This document shows, one piece after another, positions 27,358 to 38,399 of a stretch of DNA of 64,000 nt. Below the pieces are notes generated by a model that was not told the DNA's origin, searched no databases, and worked only from the letters and a program-made list of their open reading frames with translations. The stretch is from an uncultured Pseudomonadota bacterium. Lineage in GTDB: Bacteria; Pseudomonadota; Alphaproteobacteria; Rs-D84. The stretch is from NCBI GenBank assembly GCA_949292385.1, contig CASEZC010000010.1, positions 7,432-71,431 of the forward strand, given 5' to 3'. Each line of letters begins with the position of its first letter. The stretch's first letter is position 1. Position numbers and translations under genes: made by a program.

Positions 27358-28554
27358 TTAAAACAAGAACGTTGCTTGCAATCCAACAGAAGTTTCAGAG
27401 TAATTATCTAAATCTGCTGTACCCATTTTAACAAAGTTTCCTGTATCAATATCCGTTCCCCAGAAAGTCAAATTCTTTCCGTCTGCAGAATCATAAACAG
27501 CTGTTTTTGCATACAAGTTCAAAGCAACCCAATCATTTGGCTGCCAACCAATTGCAGCTTTCAAACTCGCTTGGTTATGCCAATCATAGTTACCTATTAC
27601 GCCTTCGAAATTCAGCGTCCAATCTTCATCTAATACGCTGAATATACCAAGACCGCCTTCTACATAAAATACGCTGCTTACATCCGTATTATATGCCAAG
27701 AATATTGTTGACTTTGCACCATCTTCTGTAACGCCTTCTATACCATTACCATAAGAATTTCCATCAAAATCAACATACCAACCACGGGCTAATCCATATA
27801 TTGTAGAAGAACCTACTTTATAACCGCCCTTTAAATCCAACAAAATATTGTTAGAAATATCTTTCTGATACTGATAGTAACCAGACAAAGTAGCAATCCA
27901 CTTGTCGTTATCTACGAAGCGCCACTGAGCACCAACACCGAACAAGTTCAAACCGTTATCGTCCATAGTATCATCTGGTGCAGTTGACCAATCAAATTCA
28001 TAACTTGAAATATCATATTTCAACATTGCCAAAACTGCGATACGGTCTGTAATACCATAACTGAAGTCTTCTTTGATAGAAAACTGGTCCATATTCCATT
28101 TTCCGTTTACATCTGAAACAGTACCTGTCGGCAACAGTTTAATATCATAAGAATTCATTGTATAAGACAAATCTGTAACAGAGCCAAACTTACCTTTCAA
28201 AGGTTGGAAGAAAGGATGCGCCAAGAAATACTTACGCTTTAATTCACTGCTGTATGTTTCAGCGCGTGTTGTACGAACAGTTGTAGAATTATTACCCGCA
28301 TATTGCTTATACAACTGACTGCGGTTAGCAGGCTGAGTGTAATACAAATTTTTTGCATCTTTTTCATCATATGTTTTCGTAGAAGTACGAGTTTCATATT
28401 TCTGATAATTAACCTGCGTACGTTCACGAACAGCAGGCTGTCCAGTTAAGTCAACGCTTGATGCGGCACGAGTGCCAGAATTTGTTGCAGCAAACGCAGG
28501 CAACACACCGAACAAAGCAAGTCCACACATAAACAAAGAAACTTTATTTTTCAT
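27358..28554 (-). CDS. Outer-membrane beta-barrel protein, larger paralog
   Basis: Start taken at MKNKVSLFMCGLALFGVLPAFA (signal peptide); ends ...VGLQATFLF; beta-strand periodicity throughout. Confidence 0.6.
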   Translation of the reverse strand: MKNKVSLFMCGLALFGVLPAFAATNSGTRAASSVDLTGQPAVRERTQVNYQKYETRTSTKTYDEKDAKNLYYTQPANRSQLYKQYAGNNSTTVRTTRAETYSSELKRKYFLAHPFFQPLKGKFGSVTDLSYTMNSYDIKLLPTGTVSDVNGKWNMDQFSIKEDFSYGITDRIAVLAMLKYDISSYEFDWSTAPDDTMDDNGLNLFGVGAQWRFVDNDKWIATLSGYYQYQKDISNNILLDLKGGYKVGSSTIYGLARGWYVDFDGNSYGNGIEGVTEDGAKSTIFLAYNTDVSSVFYVEGGLGIFSVLDEDWTLNFEGVIGNYDWHNQASLKAAIGWQPNDWVALNLYAKTAVYDSADGKNLTFWGTDIDTGNFVKMGTADLDNYSETSVGLQATFLF

Positions 28555-28657
28555 ATTAAATTCTCCTTTGACGAGAATTATACCACAAAAAGCACCCATA
28601 AAAAAGGAATTAATAAAAAAATCCCTATAAAACCAATATATAGGGATTTTTACTTAT

Positions 28658-30910
28658 TTATAATATATGACGTTTATTATTGGCGTCTGGCGGACTAACG
28701 ATACCCTCTTCTTCCATACGTTCCATAAATCCAGCAGCCTTATTATACCCAACGCCCAATCTTCTCTGTATATAAGAAATAGTCGGTTTTTTATCGCGTA
28801 AAACATATTCTTTTGCCTGCGTATAAAGGTCTGCGTCCTTATCCGACTTAGAAGGCGCCATTCCAGGTATTGCCGCACCTGCCCCAGCAAAAGAGCTGTC
28901 TTCAGACTCTGATATACCCGCAACATATTCTGGTTCGCCCTGTTCACGCAAGAAATCGGCAACGCGATTTATTTCCGTATTTTCTATGAACGCACCATGT
29001 ATACGTACCGGCACACGTCCCGCCTCACTAAACAACATATCTCCACACGCCAACAGTTGTTCTGCCCCCTTTTCACCAAGTGTAGTCATAGAGTCTATAG
29101 CACTTCGTGCCTGGAAAGAAATACGCGTTGGGAAGTTAGCCTTAATAACACCAGTTATAACAGATGTATCAGGTCGTTGCGTTGCGGCAACAAGGTGTAT
29201 ACCAGCAGCACGCGCTTTTTGTGCCAAACGCTGAACGCACGCTTCAACTTCTTTACGTGCAACAGACATAAGGTCTGCTACCTCGTCTATTATGATTACC
29301 AAATAAGGCATATCAGACAAATCAACTTCTTGCGTTTCAAATTCTAATTCGCCAGTTTCTGGATCTGTACCGACAGCAACTTGCCTTGTTAATTTTTCAC
29401 CGTTTGCACGTTTTTTACCAACCGCTTCATTATAACCTTCTATATTCTGTACCCCCAACAGCTGCAAACGTTTATATCTTTCTTCCATTTCACGAACGGA
29501 CCACTTCAACGCATTCACAGAAGCATTCGCATCAGTTAAGACAGGCGTTATTAAATGAGGTATATTATCCCACAGCGTAAAATCAACCCCCTTTGGGTCG
29601 ACAATCATAAGCTTGCATCTGTCAGGTGTAAAATGATACAAAATTGACATTATTATAGACTGAACGAAAACAGACTTACCAGACCCTGTACGACCAGCAA
29701 TCAAAACGTGTGGCATCTTAGCCAAATCAAAATACATTGGATTTCCACCAATATCCACGCCCAGCGCGAGCGGTATTCTGTATTTAGAATTAATAAATGT
29801 CTCGTTATCGACAAGCGACTGATATCGTACCATCTGACGATTCAAATTAACCATTTCAACGCCAATTAATTGTGTACTTGGTATATGAGCAATACGTATA
29901 TTTTCCGTAGCCATCGCACGCGTCATATCCTTTACAGTCTTGTTAATATCAACCATACGCACGCCGCTTTCTGGCATAAATTCATACAACGTAACAATTG
30001 GTCCAGGTCTTATACCAACAACACGACCACGAACGCCATATTCTGCAAAATGAATCTCCATTGCAGAAGCATTTCTTTTCAATTCAGGAGTAACAACATT
30101 CTTTCCAAAGCTAGAACGTTCTAGGAAAGCCGGATCTGGCAATTCATATTCATGTTCACCAGTTTCAACAACTGGAGCCTTAACGGATTTTACTTTTTTC
30201 TTTTTAGAAGCTTGCTTTTTTACTACTTTTTGAGGTTCTTCTTCCTCTTCTTCAACAACTTCCTCATCATATTCTGGTTCTTCTTCATACTCTGTCGCAG
30301 AATAATTTGCCCCACCTCCTAAATGGAAAATAGACATCAACCATCTAAAAGACTTTTTAATAAAACTTATCAAGTTTTTAACATGTTCCCACTTTATATG
30401 TAGCAGCTTTGCAGACAAAACAAGAAACAGCCCGACGAAAACAATTCCTAAAACAAGCCCCCAAGACCCGATAATGGAAGAAACGTCTTCTGCAACCAAG
30501 AATCCCATAAAACCACCGAAGTTAGCACTTGGCATAATTAATCCCATACCAGCCGCACCAACGCACAACGTTACAAATCCACGCAAGAAATTATATTCCG
30601 GGGCAAATTCTTCTTCCCAACCAACCAGCCAAGTCAATCCCAGACGAGCAACACAAAAGAACACAAACATTGCAGGAATAAAACCAACTGCATACTTAAA
30701 GAAACCTGCCACCTGCCCCATTATAGACTGATTACCAAAACTACTTGCCGTAGAAAATCCGTCTAAATAAGGATTATAAAAAATCAACGCCAAGAAAGCC
30801 CACAGTCCTAATAAAACCAGCACCCCACCCGAGATGCGTTTTATCATACTCTTCAAAGCACCAGAAACCCTGTCTGGTAAAAATTTAGATTGTTTTTCCA
30901 TGCCAAGCAT
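28658..30910 (-). CDS. ftsK: DNA translocase FtsK
   Basis: N-terminal 4-TM domain, acidic EEEEE linker, C-terminal motor with Walker A (GRTGSGKS) and gamma domain. Confidence 0.9.
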   Translation of the reverse strand: MLGMEKQSKFLPDRVSGALKSMIKRISGGVLVLLGLWAFLALIFYNPYLDGFSTASSFGNQSIMGQVAGFFKYAVGFIPAMFVFFCVARLGLTWLVGWEEEFAPEYNFLRGFVTLCVGAAGMGLIMPSANFGGFMGFLVAEDVSSIIGSWGLVLGIVFVGLFLVLSAKLLHIKWEHVKNLISFIKKSFRWLMSIFHLGGGANYSATEYEEEPEYDEEVVEEEEEEPQKVVKKQASKKKKVKSVKAPVVETGEHEYELPDPAFLERSSFGKNVVTPELKRNASAMEIHFAEYGVRGRVVGIRPGPIVTLYEFMPESGVRMVDINKTVKDMTRAMATENIRIAHIPSTQLIGVEMVNLNRQMVRYQSLVDNETFINSKYRIPLALGVDIGGNPMYFDLAKMPHVLIAGRTGSGKSVFVQSIIMSILYHFTPDRCKLMIVDPKGVDFTLWDNIPHLITPVLTDANASVNALKWSVREMEERYKRLQLLGVQNIEGYNEAVGKKRANGEKLTRQVAVGTDPETGELEFETQEVDLSDMPYLVIIIDEVADLMSVARKEVEACVQRLAQKARAAGIHLVAATQRPDTSVITGVIKANFPTRISFQARSAIDSMTTLGEKGAEQLLACGDMLFSEAGRVPVRIHGAFIENTEINRVADFLREQGEPEYVAGISESEDSSFAGAGAAIPGMAPSKSDKDADLYTQAKEYVLRDKKPTISYIQRRLGVGYNKAAGFMERMEEEGIVSPPDANNKRHIL

Positions 30911-30955
30911 TTTATCACAAAAAAGGTAAAAATGTTAGTAATGGTTAAAAATTTA

Positions 30956-31654
30956 TTATCTATCAAAATCCAAAGATTTTGACTTCAATGCAGCCTTTAC
31001 TAAATCAGCCATTGCCATACCAATAAACGCACCAAAGATTACGTCTGTTGGCCAATGTGCACCATAAAACACGCGTGATGCTCCGATTACTATTGCCAAA
31101 AACCATGTAAACCATTTTACCTTTGGCGCCAACAGTCCCAACATAACTAGTCCTGCAAAAGATGCAATCGTATGACCTGACGGCATAGAATTAAATGCCC
31201 ATTCTGTAGAAAAAGGGAAAAATCCCGTCATATCCAACGCCTCGTAAAAAATAGGTCTTGCACGTCCAATTATTATTTTCAGAACTTTACCGACAATGCT
31301 TGCCGCTAAAACAGAACAAAATACATAAAAAGCATAGCTATTACGAACTTTGTGCAAAGTATCTTTAAAAAGAACAATGAAACTAAACTTATGTTTTTCG
31401 TTTTTAAAAACAGTTTTTTCTTTTAAAGCTTTCTTTATATAAAAGAATAACATTACAACGGCAGATGCAATCAACCACATTTTTGCATCAAAAATTACAT
31501 CAAAGTATCTCCACAAACCTAAATCATAATTTCTCATAAACAAGTACAACGGCTTGTCGAACCAAAAGATTCCAAGAAACACTAACCCCAACGTCAGCAA
31601 TACACCATAACCCAAAACATTCCATTTTATTTTATTATCTTTTGTTAAAAACAT
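30956..31654 (-). CDS. PAP2-family phosphatase (PgpB-like membrane phosphatase)
   Basis: PAP2 motifs KxxxxxxRP (KIIIGRARP), PSGH and SRxxxxxHxxxD (SRVFYGAHWPTD). Confidence 0.75.
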   Translation of the reverse strand: MFLTKDNKIKWNVLGYGVLLTLGLVFLGIFWFDKPLYLFMRNYDLGLWRYFDVIFDAKMWLIASAVVMLFFYIKKALKEKTVFKNEKHKFSFIVLFKDTLHKVRNSYAFYVFCSVLAASIVGKVLKIIIGRARPIFYEALDMTGFFPFSTEWAFNSMPSGHTIASFAGLVMLGLLAPKVKWFTWFLAIVIGASRVFYGAHWPTDVIFGAFIGMAMADLVKAALKSKSLDFDR

Positions 31655-31673
31655 TTTTTCCCCGTTATACTTT

Positions 31674-33179
31674 TTATTCTGCGATTAACTTGTTATATAC
31701 CTTTTTATCCGTAAGAATTTTTACAGAAACTGCTGCCGACAAAGCATCTTCGTCATTTCCATTTGTTATAACAGGACACCCACGTCTTATATCAGCGGCA
31801 TCAATATCTTCATTTTTATTAAAATCTTGTGCGTTAAAATCATTGTTTATAACGTTCAGGAAAAAAGCATTCTGCTGCGATGAGGAACGTATATTAGACA
31901 AACAAACTATTGGAAAAACTCCGCGCCCATCTATTCTTCTGCCATTACCTGTTTTTATAGATTTATTCAGCAGTTCCAACGCACCGCCATTATCTAAATT
32001 CACCCGTGTTGCAATACGAGCATTTCCAGCAGTTGGCGTACCAACTAAAACGCCTCGCTGATTTTCATAAAACGCCGCAGCAATTGCTTCAGCAGTACCA
32101 CGTGTCATATTAGACATTAAAACCACAACCGGAACATCAGTAACAGCGTCACCACCAGGCAAAACTTCTACTTCATCACGAGCAGTTTCAACTATACGCA
32201 AAACAGGAGTTTTTCCTATAAACAGCCCCGCAAGTTTTGCAGCTGCTTTTTCATCGTCACCATTTGCAGCGCGCAAATCTAAAATAATTCCTGAAACATC
32301 AGTATATTTACTCAAAGCATCGTTTATTATAGCAACTGAACTATCTGAAACTTTATGTATTATAATTTCTAAAATACCACCGTTTTCCGCATCACTGCGA
32401 TGAACAACATCAGCATCAGCTAAAACTATCGTTGCACGTCTTAAAACAACATCTTTATTACCAGCCGGCGTCAGCAAACGTAATTTAACTGTTCCAGAAT
32501 TAAACCCAGACATAGTATTTGCTAAATCAGCATCTGATATTTTTTTAACAGCCATACCATTAATATCTGATATCAAATCGCCTTCTTTGATACCTGCTAT
32601 ATCTGCCGGAGAATCTTTATAAACACCACTTACTCTATAATTTCCACGCTTATCACGCATCCCCTCTAAACCAACACTAGTTAAAATTCTGCCATCTTCT
32701 GTAATTTCTGCCTGTCTAGAATAAATATATCTGCCATTTTCATCAATTCCACGCATCAAACTATCAACGACCATTTGATACATTTCACTTTCTGTCGCAT
32801 TCTGCAAAGAAGAATCATTTGCACGTAATTTTAAAACCAAAGCAGTTGTTATTTCACCAAACCCTTTCCAATCTTTAGGTTCTGGTCTTGGATAATTAGC
32901 AATTATAGCATCTTTCCAAACTAAAACGACGCGTTCATCAGTCGCAGCGATATGAGCATTTTTATTTAAGTTTTCCAAACTTTCAATTGCAATATTTATA
33001 TTTTTACCGCCCCAGCTGACGCTGTCCAACTTTTCATATATATCCGCAAAAGTTTCAGAAACTTCAAAAACATTTAAGCCGTCTTGCACAGGCTCATCTT
33101 CAAAGAATAAACTTTCTGCATGTAGTGGCAAAATACCAAAGGATAAAAAAGCACAGAAAAAGAATTTTATAATTCTCAT
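31674..33179 (-). CDS. ctpA: S41 carboxyl-terminal processing peptidase (CtpA-like) with PDZ domain. Start taken at MRIIKFF.
   Basis: Signal peptide, PDZ domain (GDLISDINGMAV), S41 catalytic region (GIILDLRAANGDDEKAAAKLAGLFIG). Confidence 0.75.
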   Translation of the reverse strand: MRIIKFFFCAFLSFGILPLHAESLFFEDEPVQDGLNVFEVSETFADIYEKLDSVSWGGKNINIAIESLENLNKNAHIAATDERVVLVWKDAIIANYPRPEPKDWKGFGEITTALVLKLRANDSSLQNATESEMYQMVVDSLMRGIDENGRYIYSRQAEITEDGRILTSVGLEGMRDKRGNYRVSGVYKDSPADIAGIKEGDLISDINGMAVKKISDADLANTMSGFNSGTVKLRLLTPAGNKDVVLRRATIVLADADVVHRSDAENGGILEIIIHKVSDSSVAIINDALSKYTDVSGIILDLRAANGDDEKAAAKLAGLFIGKTPVLRIVETARDEVEVLPGGDAVTDVPVVVLMSNMTRGTAEAIAAAFYENQRGVLVGTPTAGNARIATRVNLDNGGALELLNKSIKTGNGRRIDGRGVFPIVCLSNIRSSSQQNAFFLNVINNDFNAQDFNKNEDIDAADIRRGCPVITNGNDEDALSAAVSVKILTDKKVYNKLIAE

Positions 33180-33223
33180 TTTAACCTTCCTTCTTTTTGA
33201 ACCAATGGCATTTGCCAACAAAT

Positions 33224-34087
33224 TTATTTATCTTCATCCCTTAAATTAAAGTGATACAAGATAACGTTTGAAATATAAATACTTGTCAATGTTCCCATTA
33301 CGACCGAGAAAGTCATAGCCAATGAAAATTCTTGCAACATTGTACCGCCAAACAAATACAACGCAACCATAGCCAAAATAGTTGATAAACCTGTCATGAT
33401 AGTTCTGCGCAACATTTCGTTAACAGACAAATCAATTAAATCGTTCATTGGCATCTTATGATACTTATTTATATTTTCTTCTATTCTATCATAATTTACA
33501 ACTTTATCATTTATAGAATAACCAACCCCCATCAAAATTACAGCAATTGCTGTCTGATTAAATTCTAATCCTGTTACAGAGAAGAATCCGAACATTATTA
33601 TAAAATCCAAAATCAAAGACAAAAATGCACCAATAGCATATCCCCCACGATAGCGAACCCAAACATATACAGCCATCAAAACGAACGAGAACAACACAGC
33701 TAAAATACCGCCACGTACAAGTTCGCCCCCAATTTTAGGTCCAACTATCTGTACCTGAGAATATTCTACATTATCGCCCAAGATATTTTTTATCTCTGCA
33801 ACTCTTTGATTTTGTTGCGCATCTGTTGCGCCTTTTGGTAATCCCACACGAACCAAAATAGACTTGTTATCAACAGATTGTAATTCTGGACTAAATTCCG
33901 CCAACGCATGACGCATTTTATCAATAGTATAATCAGCTGTTACAGGTGTAACTTCCATAGAAATACCACCTGCAAAATCAATACCATAATTCAGTCCGCG
34001 CGTAAGCAAAGACAATATAGATAACCCAACCAATAATCCGGATATCCAATATGATAATTTACGATATTTCATAAATTTTAATTTCAT
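33224..34087 (-). CDS. secF: Protein-export membrane protein SecF
   Basis: 6-TM SecF fold, adjacent to secD. Confidence 0.85.
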   Translation of the reverse strand: MKLKFMKYRKLSYWISGLLVGLSILSLLTRGLNYGIDFAGGISMEVTPVTADYTIDKMRHALAEFSPELQSVDNKSILVRVGLPKGATDAQQNQRVAEIKNILGDNVEYSQVQIVGPKIGGELVRGGILAVLFSFVLMAVYVWVRYRGGYAIGAFLSLILDFIIMFGFFSVTGLEFNQTAIAVILMGVGYSINDKVVNYDRIEENINKYHKMPMNDLIDLSVNEMLRRTIMTGLSTILAMVALYLFGGTMLQEFSLAMTFSVVMGTLTSIYISNVILYHFNLRDEDK

Positions 34088-34103
34088 AACACTATCCCTT
34101 TAA

Positions 34104-35660
34104 TTAATTTCTTACATATCCGATTTTTTTATTTTTTCCATTCATATACCAATCGATGATAACTTTTGACAAAGACACACAAGTGAACAATGTTGTCAAA
34201 ACACCGACAGATAAAGTTACAGCAAATCCACGAATAGGACCTGCACCGAACTGGAATAGAACTAACGAACAAATTAAATTAGTTAAGTTTCCGTCTAACA
34301 CAGCTTTCATAGAGCGATGGAAACCAGCCTCTACCGCACGTAATGGCGTTGCCCCTGCTCTGATTTCATCGCGAATACGTTCGAATGGCAAAATATTTGC
34401 GTCCACTGCCATACCAAGCGTTAAAACGATACCTGCGATACCTGGCAAAGTCAACGTTGCCCCCAGCAAAGCAGACACACCTATAATCATAGCAAGATTG
34501 ACAACCAAAACGATACTTGCAATTACACCAAAACCACGATAGCAAACAATCATAAATATCATTATGAAAATCATTCCTGCCAAAGATGCTATCTTACCGG
34601 CTTCAATAGTATCAGCACCAAGTCCAGCACCAACAGTACGTTCTTCGATTACCTGTAAAGGTGCAGGCAACGCACCGCTGCGCAACAACACAGCCAAATC
34701 TTTTGCACCCTGCAATGTAAATCCACCAGAAATCTGACCGCGTCCCCCAGGAATAGGTTCACGAATTGTCGGTGCAGACAAAACCTTTCCATCTAACACA
34801 ATGGCAAAACGTTCATTTACATGTTCTGTTGTTAATTTAGCAAACTTACGTGCACCGGTTGCATCAAACGTAGTTGTAACAACTGGTAAATTATGCTGGT
34901 CAAAATCTGCCTGAGAATCCTTTAACGATTCCCCAGAAACTTCTACACGAGAATAAACTGGAATCTTTTGTTCAGGCGCATCCATAAAAGGCAAAAATTC
35001 TGTTCCCTTTGGTGCACGACCAGATTGCATTTGTTCCTGTGTGACATTTTCATTTACCAAATGAAAAGTCATTTTTGCTGTTTGACCAATAAGTTCTTTG
35101 ATACGTTCTGGATTATCAACACCAGGCAACTGAACCAATATATATTTACCACCTTGACTTTGGATAGAAGGTTCTTTTGTACCCAGCGCATCGATACGAC
35201 GACGAACGATTTCTATACTGCGAGACAAAGCATCTTGAACCATTTCTGTCTTAGCTTTTTCTGAATAAGAAACACTTATATTTTTTCCATCAGAAGAAAT
35301 ATCTACTACACTACCCAAGACACTTTTCAAACGTCCTTTTGCATCTGAAACCTGATTTTCATCACGAACAACAAAAGAAACAACGCCATCAGAATTACGT
35401 AAATTAGAAAAACGTATAACGCCTTTATCACGATCAATCAAAGTACTGCGCACGTCGTCATATAACTGAGCAGACTTTTCATGAAGCATAGTATCCGTAT
35501 CTACTTCCAACAACAGTTGTGCCCCACCCTTTAAATCCAAACCAAGTGGAATTGGCTGAATCCAAGAAGGAAAATACGGTGCCAATTTTGGAGACAACGT
35601 CGGTACAGCCAACAAAACTCCAAAAACAGCAACAAAAATTATTGCCAGCTTTTTAAACAT
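34104..35660 (-). CDS. secD: Protein-export membrane protein SecD
   Basis: 518 aa, SecD periplasmic and TM domains. Confidence 0.9.
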   Translation of the reverse strand: MFKKLAIIFVAVFGVLLAVPTLSPKLAPYFPSWIQPIPLGLDLKGGAQLLLEVDTDTMLHEKSAQLYDDVRSTLIDRDKGVIRFSNLRNSDGVVSFVVRDENQVSDAKGRLKSVLGSVVDISSDGKNISVSYSEKAKTEMVQDALSRSIEIVRRRIDALGTKEPSIQSQGGKYILVQLPGVDNPERIKELIGQTAKMTFHLVNENVTQEQMQSGRAPKGTEFLPFMDAPEQKIPVYSRVEVSGESLKDSQADFDQHNLPVVTTTFDATGARKFAKLTTEHVNERFAIVLDGKVLSAPTIREPIPGGRGQISGGFTLQGAKDLAVLLRSGALPAPLQVIEERTVGAGLGADTIEAGKIASLAGMIFIMIFMIVCYRGFGVIASIVLVVNLAMIIGVSALLGATLTLPGIAGIVLTLGMAVDANILPFERIRDEIRAGATPLRAVEAGFHRSMKAVLDGNLTNLICSLVLFQFGAGPIRGFAVTLSVGVLTTLFTCVSLSKVIIDWYMNGKNKKIGYVRN

Positions 35661-35672
35661 AACCCAACCTCT

Positions 35673-35975
35673 TTACTCTACACTTGCAACAGCGTTTTTG
35701 CTGACTTCTACAACAACACCTTTTGCAATTTCTATTTCCAATGTATTTTCATTAACCTTCTTTATAGTACCATAAATACCAGCGGCCAGAACACGATTAC
35801 CAACCTTTAAAGAGTCTATCATTTTCTGATATTCTGCCATACGCTTTTTATTTGGGCGCACCATAAAGATATAAATAATTGCGAAAACAACCACACAGTA
35901 CAACAACAGCCCCATCCAATCTCCCCCAGCAGGTGCAGTTTGTGCAACGTTATCTATAACAGCTGTTTCTTCCAT
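35673..35975 (-). CDS. yajC: Preprotein translocase subunit YajC
   Basis: 100 aa, single TM plus YajC motif (MVRPNKKRMAEYQKMIDSLKVGNRVLAAGIYG). Confidence 0.85.
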   Translation of the reverse strand: MEETAVIDNVAQTAPAGGDWMGLLLYCVVVFAIIYIFMVRPNKKRMAEYQKMIDSLKVGNRVLAAGIYGTIKKVNENTLEIEIAKGVVVEVSKNAVASVE

Positions 35976-36056
35976 AGTTTTCTCCTTATATTAATGTCAT
36001 CAGAATAGTAAAAAAAGCCAATTATGTAAAGAGAATAGTTATAAAAAGCAGATAAA

Positions 36057-37814
36057 TCAAATACGTTCAAACCAAGTATCTATTTCTGTCAAAGGAATGA
36101 TTTTATAAACGGGTCTGCCGTGATTACATTCACCGCCACGTGTAGTTTTTTCAATATCTCGCAACAAGGCATCCATCTGGTTTAAATCTAACTTTTGTCC
36201 AGCCCTTACACTGTGATGGCAGGCATAGTTAGCCAATTTTAAATGCAGCCTTTCACCAAGTTGAGAAGAATGCCCATACTCTCTTACTTCATCTGCGACA
36301 CAATGGAATAAATCCGCCCAATTCAAATCCCAGTCTGCCGGCTTTTCAAAGATAGCAATTGCATCATCACCAAAAGCATCTATATGTAATCCAGACTTTT
36401 TCATATCGTCTGCCACAGAAAGAACAGCCACAACATCTTCTTCCCGCATACTTATAACTATTGGTGTCAATAAAGGTTGAGTTTTTATATCATGCAATCT
36501 CAGTTTTTCATAAGTAATACGTTCATGAGCAGCATGCTGGTCAACAACAACCAAATTATCACCACTTTGTGCCAAAATATATTTATTAGCAACCTGCCCT
36601 ATAACCCTACCCAACGGAAATTCATTTTCTTCTGAATCCGTTTGTTTTATTTCTTCTTGCGGTTTATCGAAATTTAAAATGACTTCTTCTTTTTTAGGAA
36701 ACATAAAGGCAATATCAGGCGCCTTGTGATTTAAACTTGGCGAAGCCACATATGAACGCAATCCAAAATCTAATTTCTGACCAACTGGCGAAGAAGTATT
36801 TTTCACAGGAAATTCAGGAACAACAACATCTACCTTTTCAGTTAAGGTCTGAGCCAGAACCTTTCTTAAATTTTTTATTATGAAGCTACGTATATGAGAA
36901 GGCTCTAAAAAATGCACTTCTGTTTTTGCCGGCGATACGTTAACGTCAACATTACGAGGATTTAAATTAAGATACAACGCACACAACGGGAACTCTCTGG
37001 CATGCATTACATCCATATAAGCCGCGCGCAATGCACCAACCAGAACCTTATCTTTAACAGGTCTGCCATTAACGAATAAATATTGATCAACAGACGAAGC
37101 CCTTCTTAATGTTGGTTCTGAAATAAAACCAGTCAGCATTAAATCATTACTGGATTCTGATATCGCATTTACTTCCAACATTCTGTCACGAACATCATCG
37201 CCCATAACAGCAACTATACGACTTCCCATTTCTTGATTTTTCGGAAAGCGCCACTTGTTGTTTAAAACAAAACCTACATCAGGTCGCGCCATTGCAAGTC
37301 TTTTAATAACATCCAAAACAGAAATCATTTCTGCCCTGTCTGCACGTAAAAATTTTAAGCGCGCAGGCGTTTTAGAAAAAAGATTTTTAACACGAATTCT
37401 TGTGCCAGCTTCCCAATCAGACGGTTTTATTTCACCTGTTTCACAATTTAAAGTCCAACCGTTTTCATCCGTACCGTTACAAGTATCTATTGTCATATCA
37501 GAAACAGAAGCAATAGAAGGCAACGCCTCGCCTCTGAATCCCATAAAATTAATATTTAATAAATCGTCATCTGGTAATTTTGACGTAGCATGGCGCGTAA
37601 CACTTTTTGCCAGATCTTCTTTTGACATACCAGACCCGTTATCGACAACAGATATAAGCGTACGCCCACCATCAACAACATCTACCATAATTTGGTCGGC
37701 CCCAGCATCCAGCGCATTTTCGACCAATTCTTTAACAACACTTGCGGGACGCTCTACAACCTCACCGGCGGCAATTTGATTAATTAAAAAATCAGGCAAT
37801 ACGCGAACCGGCAT
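36057..37814 (-). CDS. mutL: DNA mismatch repair protein MutL
   Basis: GHKL ATPase N-terminus (VVKELVENALDAGA...DNGSGM) and MutL C-terminal dimerisation domain. Confidence 0.9.
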   Translation of the reverse strand: MPVRVLPDFLINQIAAGEVVERPASVVKELVENALDAGADQIMVDVVDGGRTLISVVDNGSGMSKEDLAKSVTRHATSKLPDDDLLNINFMGFRGEALPSIASVSDMTIDTCNGTDENGWTLNCETGEIKPSDWEAGTRIRVKNLFSKTPARLKFLRADRAEMISVLDVIKRLAMARPDVGFVLNNKWRFPKNQEMGSRIVAVMGDDVRDRMLEVNAISESSNDLMLTGFISEPTLRRASSVDQYLFVNGRPVKDKVLVGALRAAYMDVMHAREFPLCALYLNLNPRNVDVNVSPAKTEVHFLEPSHIRSFIIKNLRKVLAQTLTEKVDVVVPEFPVKNTSSPVGQKLDFGLRSYVASPSLNHKAPDIAFMFPKKEEVILNFDKPQEEIKQTDSEENEFPLGRVIGQVANKYILAQSGDNLVVVDQHAAHERITYEKLRLHDIKTQPLLTPIVISMREEDVVAVLSVADDMKKSGLHIDAFGDDAIAIFEKPADWDLNWADLFHCVADEVREYGHSSQLGERLHLKLANYACHHSVRAGQKLDLNQMDALLRDIEKTTRGGECNHGRPVYKIIPLTEIDTWFERI

Positions 37815-37823
37815 TATGCACAC

Positions 37824-38294
37824 CTAGTCTTTAAACTTTACTTCCAATATTTCATATTCTTTTTCGCCACTAGGCAGCTTAACGATACAAGTATCACCAA
37901 CGCATCGACCAATCAACGCACGTCCAACTGGCGACGTACAAGAAATAACCTGCTTACCATCTGATTCTATATCAGACAATATACGACATTGCATTCTATT
38001 ACCGTCTTCGTCTTCTGCGACTACGCGCGCACCGAAAACGACTCTATCCCCTGATAAAGAGTCTATATCTATGATAGCTGCGTTATTTATAACTTCTTCT
38101 ATAAACTGTATACGCTTATCAATTTGACGTTGTTTTTCTTTTGCAGCACTGTAATCAGCATTTTCAGACAAATCACCCAAAGAACGCGCCCATTGAACTG
38201 TTTTTAATATTTCTGGTCTTTGAACTTCTTTCAAATCTTTCAATTCTTTTATCAAGCTGTCAAAACCAGCCCTTGAAATTGGCCTTTTTTCCAT
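37824..38294 (-). CDS. greA: Transcription elongation factor GreA. Start taken at MEKRPIS.
   Basis: GreA coiled-coil plus FKBP-like C-terminal domain, 156 aa. Confidence 0.85.
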   Translation of the reverse strand: MEKRPISRAGFDSLIKELKDLKEVQRPEILKTVQWARSLGDLSENADYSAAKEKQRQIDKRIQFIEEVINNAAIIDIDSLSGDRVVFGARVVAEDEDGNRMQCRILSDIESDGKQVISCTSPVGRALIGRCVGDTCIVKLPSGEKEYEILEVKFKD

Positions 38295-38399
38295 AGTATA
38301 ACCCTCATAATTTTTATGGAAATTATAAGCATTCATTTTAATTTTGCAATTGTGAATTGAACAAGGTATACTTTTTAAGTTAATATATGGAATATATAC

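Noticed and set aside
28654-28962. 102-aa minus-strand ORF overlapping the ftsK 3' end
   Set aside because: Alternative frame of the ftsK C-terminal region; ftsK frame strongly supported.
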